A stretch of DNA of 64,000 bases from an uncultured Candidatus Planktophila sp. (GTDB lineage Bacteria; Actinomycetota; Actinomycetes; Nanopelagicales; Nanopelagicaceae): positions 23,559 to 87,558 of the forward strand of contig CAYXDT010000005.1 in assembly GCA_964463845.1 (NCBI GenBank). Reading direction: 5' to 3'. Positions within the stretch are counted from its first letter, which is position 1; each line of letters opens with the position of its first letter. Shown piece by piece: positions 33,390-40,659 of the stretch. The notes beneath the pieces are model-generated. The model worked only from the letters and a program-made list of their open reading frames with translations. It was not told where the DNA came from and ran no database searches. The position numbers and the translations under genes were made by a program.

Positions 33390-33955
33390 TCGGCGCTCAC
33401 ATCTTCAATTAACTTCGTCAGAGAAGCAATGGTCACAGCGCCCGAAACTCGAGCCGCTACTTTGCCTTCCTTATCAATTACGAGAGTTGTGGGAATGGCA
33501 TTTGCAGGCAGTGATTTACTGAAGCCAACCAGAATTGAATCATCGATAATTGTTGGGTAGGGAATCCCTCTCTTACGTTCAAAAGCTTCAGCATTAACTG
33601 GGTTATCTCGGGTAAGAATTCCGATAAATGCTACATCGGTATATTTACGAGCAAGGGCTGAAAGAATTGGTTCTTCTGCTCGACATGGAGAGCACCAAGA
33701 AGCCCAGACATTAACAACTGCTACTTGTCCCACGGTAAATTTATAGTCAACGCCCTTAAGCGTCATTCCGGATATTGCAGGAGCGCTAATTCGCGTCCCC
33801 TTTTTTATAGTTGTGACAGCTCCATTGCCGGCAATAAAGCTCTCTTCCGCTTGCGATGTCCCACTTGCTCCGCATCCAGCCAGAGCTGAAACCAGAGCCA
33901 GAGCCAGAGCAGGGAATAGTAGGTAGCCTCTGGTTTTATTAATTTGGTTATTCAT
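33386..33955 (-). CDS. TlpA/ResA family thiol-disulfide oxidoreductase lipoprotein
   Basis: Lipobox LAGC, NVWASWCSPCRAE, IPTTLVIDKEGKV. Confidence 0.92.
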   Translation of the reverse strand: MNNQINKTRGYLLFPALALALVSALAGCGASGTSQAEESFIAGNGAVTTIKKGTRISAPAISGMTLKGVDYKFTVGQVAVVNVWASWCSPCRAEEPILSALARKYTDVAFIGILTRDNPVNAEAFERKRGIPYPTIIDDSILVGFSKSLPANAIPTTLVIDKEGKVAARVSGAVTIASLTKLIEDVSAE

Positions 33956-33961
33956 TTGGCT

Positions 33962-34582
33962 TTATTTACTGGGTAAAAGATGCTTTGCGGGTTCAGCATA
34001 GGAGGTTCCGGCAATCATGCCATCGTCATCAAAGTGAATACTGGTGACCGATGCAAGGGTGCACTCTCGTTTGCGCGGATCATGGAGCATCCTTCTTCCT
34101 TCAATGGCGCTACGTAAAATCCAGATTGGTAGTTGATGTGAAACAACTAGCGCATCTTTACCGCCGGCAGCTTTCTTGGCGTCAAAAATTGCAGCTAACA
34201 TCCTTGAGATTTGTTCTTCATATGGCTCTCCCCAAGATGGCTTCCATGGGTTGTATAGATGGCGCCAGGATGAAGGATGTTTTAAAACACCACTTCCTAG
34301 TTCAAATGATTTTCCCTCGAAGATATTGGCTGCTTCGATGAGGCGTTCATCCGTATGAATCTGTAAACCATGAGCTTTGGCAATGGGAGCGGCAGTCTCT
34401 TGCGCACGCTGTAGTGGCGAGACATGAAGCGCACCGAGATCTAGAGTCTTAGACCAATCTCCAACTACTTCTGCCATCTCTTGGCCGCGCTGTGAAAGTC
34501 TCCAACCAGGTTGACGCCCATAGAGAATCTTCTGTGGATTCTCTACCTCACCGTGACGTACAACGTGGACAGTTGGCTGCAT
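33962..34582 (-). CDS. Histidine phosphatase (phosphoglycerate mutase) family protein
   Basis: VVRHGE, SPLQRAQETA, VSHQLPIW; usual position upstream of resA. Confidence 0.92.
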   Translation of the reverse strand: MQPTVHVVRHGEVENPQKILYGRQPGWRLSQRGQEMAEVVGDWSKTLDLGALHVSPLQRAQETAAPIAKAHGLQIHTDERLIEAANIFEGKSFELGSGVLKHPSSWRHLYNPWKPSWGEPYEEQISRMLAAIFDAKKAAGGKDALVVSHQLPIWILRSAIEGRRMLHDPRKRECTLASVTSIHFDDDGMIAGTSYAEPAKHLLPSK

Positions 34583-34632
34583 GGCATAAGGATAAAGCGT
34601 CTATAAAGCGAGTGCTTCGCTAGGGTAGTGAC

Positions 34633-35394
34633 ATGGCACTCACCACGCATAGAGCTGCCTTCTTCGATGTCGATAACACCCTCGTGAGAGGGTCCACACT
34701 CTATTTTCTAGGTCGCGGGATGTACCAGCGAGGCTTCTTCACCAAGGCAGATATCTCAAAGTTTGTCGTGGCAAATATTCGCTTTCGTATGACTGGAATG
34801 GAGAAGAAAGAGGTAATTGAAAAATTCCAAAATGCAGCAACTGATTTTATTGGTGGGCATGCGGTCTCTGACATTAAAAAAATTGGTGAAGAAATTTATG
34901 ACGAGTTTGTCTCGCCAAAGATTTGGCAGGGAACTTTTGAGATTGCAAAATCACATTTAGATAAGGGTGAGGAAGTTTGGCTGGTAACTGCAGCACCTCA
35001 AGATATGGCAGATATAATTGCACAGCGTCTCGGTTTAACTGGTGCGCTAGGTAGCAAGGCGCTAGTTGCAGATGGAATTTATACAGGGGCACTCGATGGA
35101 AAGTTACTGCATGGTGCACAGAAGGCGATCGCGATTCAAGATTTAGCAGCCACGCGAGGCTTTGATTTAAATGAGTGTTTCTCATATTCAGATAGCCACA
35201 ATGACATTCCGTTGTTGCAAGCAGTGGGAAATCCTTGTGCCATAAATCCTGATGCAGTTCTGCGTATCCGAGCTCTAGCAGAGGGTTGGCCGATTCATGA
35301 CTTTCGCAGAGCTCGCTTTCTCAATCGCTTACTTGGGCCCGCAGTCAGTCGCATAGCGGCAGTTGCAACTTGGTTAACCCCGCGCAAGCGCTAA
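34633..35394 (+). CDS. HAD-IB family hydrolase (SerB1-like)
   Basis: AFFDVDNTL, LVTAAP, K in GAQKA, YSDSHNDIPLL, INPD. Confidence 0.92.
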   Translation: MALTTHRAAFFDVDNTLVRGSTLYFLGRGMYQRGFFTKADISKFVVANIRFRMTGMEKKEVIEKFQNAATDFIGGHAVSDIKKIGEEIYDEFVSPKIWQGTFEIAKSHLDKGEEVWLVTAAPQDMADIIAQRLGLTGALGSKALVADGIYTGALDGKLLHGAQKAIAIQDLAATRGFDLNECFSYSDSHNDIPLLQAVGNPCAINPDAVLRIRALAEGWPIHDFRRARFLNRLLGPAVSRIAAVATWLTPRKR

Positions 35395-35419
35395 TTGGTC
35401 AACCCCGCGCAAGCGTTAA
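35370..35419 (+). repeat. Two 25-bp tandem copies of the HAD gene 3' end
   Basis: ttggttaaccccgcgcaagcgctaa followed directly by ttggtcaaccccgcgcaagcgttaa (23/25 identical). Confidence 0.9.
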
Positions 35420-35471
35420 TTCCACTACCAATTCGCACACTTACCTGACTTACGGCTATCGTTGGCAGGTT

Positions 35472-37673
35472 ATGGAAATCCGCTCCTACGCCGATTATCT
35501 GCGCGCCCTCGATGATGGTGCGCTTATTGCCCTCTTCGCTCATCGCCCAGATTTAATAACGCCAATTCCTCCTGATATGGCAAGTCTTGCCGTGCGGGCC
35601 TCTTCTGCTCCAAGTTTGGCGCGCGCTGTAGATGGATTAAACAAGTGGCAGCTGCAAGTTTTGGAGATAGCTGCAATTCTTAATGAGCCATTCACTGAAA
35701 AGGAGTTGACCGCGCTTAGCGATAAAAGTGCTCTCTTTGTACTACCTACGCTAATTGAACGTGGCCTTTTATATTCAGATAAAGATGGATTGCGCACTCC
35801 CACAAATCTGAAGGAGGTCCTAGGTAATGAGATCGCAGGGCTAGGTCCTGCTTCTATGGCTAAGTTAAAATTGAAAAAATTGGATGAAGCGCCAGCGGCG
35901 GCAGAGAAAGTTCTATCTGCAATGGTTTGGGGTCCCCCTCGTGGAACCATTACTGACATTAAGAAACCAAGTACGGGAGTTGCTTGGTTACTAGAAGAAG
36001 GTTTCCTCATCCCCTTCAATCAACAGACCGTTGTGATGCCACGCGAGGTTGCCATTTATCTGCGCGGCAACAAGGTGCACCGCCAATTAGAAGCAGTTGC
36101 ACCAGTACTTACTGGATCACTACAAAAGGCGAAAAACACTCAGTTAAGCGCTATCGCTAATGTGGCGACTCTTCTTCGATGGGTAGAAGAAGTCCTCAAC
36201 TTCTGGGCGCAAGAGCCAGCTAGCGCACTTCGCTCAGGCGGTCTTGGTGTGCGTGATTTAAAAGAGTTATCACAACACTTGGGTGTAGATGAAACATGTG
36301 CAGCATTTATTGCAGAACTTGCCTACATCTCTGGGCTGGTCACAATTGAGGCTGATGACAAAATATTGCCTACCCACCAATTCGATATCTGGCTAACTCA
36401 GAAGGCGTCTCTTCGTTGGCAGTTGTTGGCATCTGCTTGGTTGATAACTTCGCGAGTAGCTGGGCTAACTGGAAAAGAAGGCGGAAAGAATTTAGCTCCC
36501 CTTGGACCTGAGTTAGATCGCATATCAGCAGTTTCAACGCGTGCCTTAATTTTAAATTTGTTAAGAGAGAACCCTGGCCTCTCACCTGACTTCTCTTCAC
36601 TTATGGAGCGCGCCTCATGGCTCTCGCCCGCAAAACGTGCCGGTGGCTTGCAAAGTGATTATGTGGCATGGACCTTGCGGGAATGTGAATGGCTAGGAAT
36701 TACTGGACAAGGTGCGCTCTCCATTTATGGCGAAGAGTTTCTCGCTGGTGGTGATTGTTCTGAGATTGATAACGACCTACCCAAATCCGTTGATCACATA
36801 CTCATTCAGGGCGATAACACCGCAATAGCACCAGGTCCGCTCGAGCATGAAGTTGCACAAGAGTTGGCGCTAATTGCAGATGTGGAATCTCGCGGGGGCG
36901 CAACGGTATTTAGATTTTCAGAAAGTTCCATTCGCCGGGGCTTAGATCATGGCAGAACTGGCGACGAGATCACTAAATTTCTCAAGAAAACATCGAAGAC
37001 GCCAATGCCCCAACCACTTGAGTATCTAATAAGTGATGTTGCTAAAAAGCATGGCAAGTTAAGGGTGGGCAACACCGCCTCATTTATCCGGTGTGAAGAT
37101 CCAGCTCTAATTGCTCAAATAATTGGTGATAAGCGTCTAGATGTTCTGGCCCTACGGAGAATTGCTCCGGAAGTTCTGATCTGCTCACTTGATGCCGCAG
37201 AAGCGATGCATATCTTGAGAAGTTTTGGCTACCTGCCAGCTGGAGAAGATTCTCGCGGGTTGCTCCTTAGTGGTCCAAGAATCCAGAGGGCGCAAGGTCG
37301 AGTGCGACCTCCCAGAATCATTGGTGACTTTGAAAAACCAGATGAGGCGCAAATTGAGAGCGCGCTACGTGCCTTACGTGTTGGCGAAAAATCTAGTCGT
37401 AAGCAGAGCACGATGAGAAATATTGCAGTCGATGCGCTCGGTGCGTTGCCGCGCACAACTGCTAATGAGACTCTCGATATCTTGAGTGATTACCTACAGA
37501 ATCAACCCAATAAATCGCTCTCCATCGGTTATGCCGATAACAATGGCTTGGTTTCACACCGCATCATCGATCCACTTAAATTGTCAGCTGGTTCGCTTAT
37601 GGCTCGGGACCACGCAACTGGTGAGGTACAGACCTTTAGAATCGCGCGTATTACCGGAGTGGCAGCCTTATGA
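35472..37673 (+). CDS. XPB-associated protein with Helicase_C_3 (Tfb2/p52-like) region and C-terminal WYL-like domain
   Basis: LIQGDNTAIAPGPL, ADVESRGGATVFRFSESSIRRGLDHG, PQPLEYLISDVAKKHG; C-term YADNNG..RIIDP..ARDHATGEVQTFRIARI; ATG 35472. Confidence 0.82.
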   Translation: MEIRSYADYLRALDDGALIALFAHRPDLITPIPPDMASLAVRASSAPSLARAVDGLNKWQLQVLEIAAILNEPFTEKELTALSDKSALFVLPTLIERGLLYSDKDGLRTPTNLKEVLGNEIAGLGPASMAKLKLKKLDEAPAAAEKVLSAMVWGPPRGTITDIKKPSTGVAWLLEEGFLIPFNQQTVVMPREVAIYLRGNKVHRQLEAVAPVLTGSLQKAKNTQLSAIANVATLLRWVEEVLNFWAQEPASALRSGGLGVRDLKELSQHLGVDETCAAFIAELAYISGLVTIEADDKILPTHQFDIWLTQKASLRWQLLASAWLITSRVAGLTGKEGGKNLAPLGPELDRISAVSTRALILNLLRENPGLSPDFSSLMERASWLSPAKRAGGLQSDYVAWTLRECEWLGITGQGALSIYGEEFLAGGDCSEIDNDLPKSVDHILIQGDNTAIAPGPLEHEVAQELALIADVESRGGATVFRFSESSIRRGLDHGRTGDEITKFLKKTSKTPMPQPLEYLISDVAKKHGKLRVGNTASFIRCEDPALIAQIIGDKRLDVLALRRIAPEVLICSLDAAEAMHILRSFGYLPAGEDSRGLLLSGPRIQRAQGRVRPPRIIGDFEKPDEAQIESALRALRVGEKSSRKQSTMRNIAVDALGALPRTTANETLDILSDYLQNQPNKSLSIGYADNNGLVSHRIIDPLKLSAGSLMARDHATGEVQTFRIARITGVAAL

Positions 37674-38770
37674 CGAGCGAGAAGTTCACTGAATACGGCA
37701 GACTTAAGCCTATGTTGGATGCCCTAGAGAAGTTGGTTCGCTGTGAATCTCCCAGTGACGATCTAGCAGCATGCCGAGCAGTCGTTGATATTGCCAGCCA
37801 GATAGCACACGAGGTTCTCGGAACTCCAGCGCAGGTTAAGGAGATTGAGGGACGACCTATCTTCTGGTGGGGCGCACAAGAGCCAAAAGTTCTCATCTTG
37901 GCCCATCTCGATACCGTCTGGCCACATGGATCCTTCCAACCGATTTGGGAAGTTTCCGGTGATCAACTACGCGGACCAGGTACATTCGATATGAAGGCTG
38001 GTTTTATCCAAGCTCTCTTTGCTCTCAAAGATATCTCTGGATCTGTTGCCTTAGTTGCCACAACAGATGAGGAGACTGGTAGCCAATCATCCAAGGCGCT
38101 AATTAAAGATCTCTCATCGCGCGCTAAGGCGGTCCTAGTTCTGGAAGCTAGCTTGGATGGAAAGTTAAAGACCGGGCGTAAGGGAACTGCCATGTACCAA
38201 GTGAAGGTACATGGGCTGGCCGCACATGCTGGTTTAGAACCTGAAAAAGGAATTAATGCCACCACTGAAATTGCAAATGTCATTCTTACTATTGCAAAGC
38301 TCGAGGATAAGGAGCACGGGACAACTGTTGTGCCAACACTTCTGCGCTCGGGTAACACCACAAATACTGTTCCAGATTTAGCCGTTCTGGATATCGATAT
38401 CCGTTCCTTTCTAATGAGTGAGTTGGAGAGAGTGGATCGCGCCATTAAATCTCTCGTCGCCGCAAATCCCAAAGCTCGCCTAGAAGTTACAGGTGGCGTA
38501 AATCGCCCTCCACTTGAGCCCAGCGCTACTAAAGAGCTCTACGAAAGAGCAGAGAAAGTCGCGGCGCAATTGGGAATGGCACCTCTTGGATGCGCCTCTG
38601 TTGGTGGTGCAAGTGATGGAAATTTTGCAGCTGCCGCAGGTGCACAGGTGCTGGATGGTTTGGGTGCAGTTGGTGGTGGAGCCCACGCACCGACCGAGTG
38701 GGTAAAGATTTCTTCGCTACAAGAACGTAGCGATTTCCTACATGCCTTTATTAAGGATCTGCTCAAATGA
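37670..38770 (+). CDS. M20 family metallopeptidase (carboxypeptidase G2/ArgE-like)
   Basis: LAHLDTVW, GPGTFDMKAG, TDEETGS, GLAAHAG, GGASDGN, GGGAHA. Confidence 0.9.
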   Translation: MTSEKFTEYGRLKPMLDALEKLVRCESPSDDLAACRAVVDIASQIAHEVLGTPAQVKEIEGRPIFWWGAQEPKVLILAHLDTVWPHGSFQPIWEVSGDQLRGPGTFDMKAGFIQALFALKDISGSVALVATTDEETGSQSSKALIKDLSSRAKAVLVLEASLDGKLKTGRKGTAMYQVKVHGLAAHAGLEPEKGINATTEIANVILTIAKLEDKEHGTTVVPTLLRSGNTTNTVPDLAVLDIDIRSFLMSELERVDRAIKSLVAANPKARLEVTGGVNRPPLEPSATKELYERAEKVAAQLGMAPLGCASVGGASDGNFAAAAGAQVLDGLGAVGGGAHAPTEWVKISSLQERSDFLHAFIKDLLK

Positions 38771-40416
38771 CCGATGGTCCTCTGATTGTTCAAAGTGATA
38801 AAACTTTACTTCTCGATATTGATCATATTCTCTCGACGGAATGTCGCCGTGCGATAGCGCCATTTGCAGAGTTAGAGCGATCTCCAGAGCATATTCACAC
38901 CTACCGCTTAACCAATCTCGGTTTGTGGAATGCGCGCGCAGCCGGACATGATGCAGAGTTGGTAATTGATACTTTAATCAAGTACTCCCGATACGCAGTT
39001 CCGCACTCACTTTTAGTTGATATCGCTGAGACGATGTCACGCTACGGTCGGCTGCGCCTTGAGGCTGATCCAGTTCATGGATTAATTCTTGTGACGACCG
39101 ATACCGGCGTTCTTGAAGAAGTTATTCGTGCGAAAAAGATTGCACCTCTACTTGGAGTACGCATTGATAAAGAGACGATTGCAGTTCATCCCAGCCAGCG
39201 CGGACAGATTAAGCAATCACTTTTGCGGCTAGGTTGGCCGGCTGAAGACTTTGCCGGATATGTAGACGGACAGGCGCACGATATTGCCTTAAAGGAAGAT
39301 GGTTGGAAGATTCGTCAATATCAAGAGCTGGCTGCTGAAGGATTCTGGCATGGTGGTTCTGGAGTTGTAGTTCTTCCTTGTGGAGCTGGAAAGACAATTG
39401 TTGGAGCTGCCGCAATGGCACATGCCAAGGCGACCACTCTTATATTGGTAACCAATACCATCGCAGCTCGTCAGTGGCGTGATGAGTTATTAAAGCGCAC
39501 AACTCTCAATGAAGATGAGATTGGTGAGTATTCAGGTGCCAAGAAGGAAATTCGCCCTGTAACTATTGCAACATACCAAGTTATGACTAAGAAGAAGAAT
39601 GGCGTTTATGCCCACCTTGATCTCTTCGATACTCATGACTGGGGCCTAATTATTTATGATGAGGTACATCTACTACCAGCGCCTATCTTTCGCTTCACCG
39701 CCGATATTCAATCGCGCCGGAGATTGGGACTAACTGCAACGCTAGTTCGCGAAGATGGCATGGAGGCAGAAGTATTCTCATTAATTGGACCTAAGCGATT
39801 TGATGTTCCATGGAAAGAGATTGAAGCGCAAGGTTATATCGCACCTGCGGAATGTATTGAAGTTCGTGTAAATCTCACTGAATCTGAACGGCTTTCATAT
39901 GCAACAGCTGAGCCGGAAGAGCGTTACCGATACTGCGCGACAACTCGCACTAAGCGAAATGTAGTTGAGGAGCTAGTAGCTCATCATGCTGGTGAACAGG
40001 TTCTTGTAATCGGCCAATACATTGACCAACTTGATGATCTATCCGAAACTTTAGGTGTTCCACTTATTAAAGGTGACACTCCTCAGAAAGAGCGTGAACG
40101 ACTCTTCGCAGCTTTCAGAAGTGGCGAAGTAACCTGTCTAGTAGTTTCCAAGGTAGCAAACTTCTCCGTAGATCTTCCTGAAGCAACAATTGCTATTCAG
40201 GTATCTGGAGCTTTCGGTTCACGGCAAGAAGAGGCGCAACGATTGGGCCGAATTCTTCGTCCTAAGGCAGATGGACGTGGTGCAAAATTCTATTCAGTTG
40301 TATCGCGGGATACTATCGATCAAGACTTTGCCCAGAATCGCCAGCGCTTTCTGGCGGAACAGGGTTACTCATATCGAATTATTGACGCCGACGATGTTTT
40401 TCAAGGGAAGCTCTAA
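38767..40416 (+). CDS. XPB/ERCC3/Rad25 family DNA repair helicase
   Basis: LERSPEHIHTYRLT, LPCGAGKT, IIYDEVH, LGLTATLVRED, QRLGRILR. Confidence 0.95.
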   Translation: MTDGPLIVQSDKTLLLDIDHILSTECRRAIAPFAELERSPEHIHTYRLTNLGLWNARAAGHDAELVIDTLIKYSRYAVPHSLLVDIAETMSRYGRLRLEADPVHGLILVTTDTGVLEEVIRAKKIAPLLGVRIDKETIAVHPSQRGQIKQSLLRLGWPAEDFAGYVDGQAHDIALKEDGWKIRQYQELAAEGFWHGGSGVVVLPCGAGKTIVGAAAMAHAKATTLILVTNTIAARQWRDELLKRTTLNEDEIGEYSGAKKEIRPVTIATYQVMTKKKNGVYAHLDLFDTHDWGLIIYDEVHLLPAPIFRFTADIQSRRRLGLTATLVREDGMEAEVFSLIGPKRFDVPWKEIEAQGYIAPAECIEVRVNLTESERLSYATAEPEERYRYCATTRTKRNVVEELVAHHAGEQVLVIGQYIDQLDDLSETLGVPLIKGDTPQKERERLFAAFRSGEVTCLVVSKVANFSVDLPEATIAIQVSGAFGSRQEEAQRLGRILRPKADGRGAKFYSVVSRDTIDQDFAQNRQRFLAEQGYSYRIIDADDVFQGKL

Positions 40417-40624
40417 AGCGTTCTGGATCTACTCTGTAGAAGTCGTGGTGCTCACCGTTGATATGAATAACTGGGACTTCATTGCCATAGAGTTTTTCTA
40501 ACTCAGGATTGCCATCTATATAGATAATCTCAAGCGAAAAATTCAACTCGCTCTCCATATTTTCGAGTACTTTCACAGCGCTTTCACAAAGATGACAGCC
40601 ATGTCGAGAGTAAACGGTGACCAT
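40379..40624 (-). CDS. Glutaredoxin-like protein (DUF836 type)
   Basis: YSRHGCHLCE CxxC, EVPVIHING, FYRVDP. Confidence 0.88.
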   Translation of the reverse strand: MVTVYSRHGCHLCESAVKVLENMESELNFSLEIIYIDGNPELEKLYGNEVPVIHINGEHHDFYRVDPERFRASLEKHRRRQ

Positions 40625-40659
40625 GACTTCATTCTCTCACCCTGATAGCGTTACCCGCT

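Noticed and set aside
35370-35419. CRISPR mini-array interpretation of the tandem repeat
   Set aside because: Two abutting units with no spacer and no cas genes in the window.
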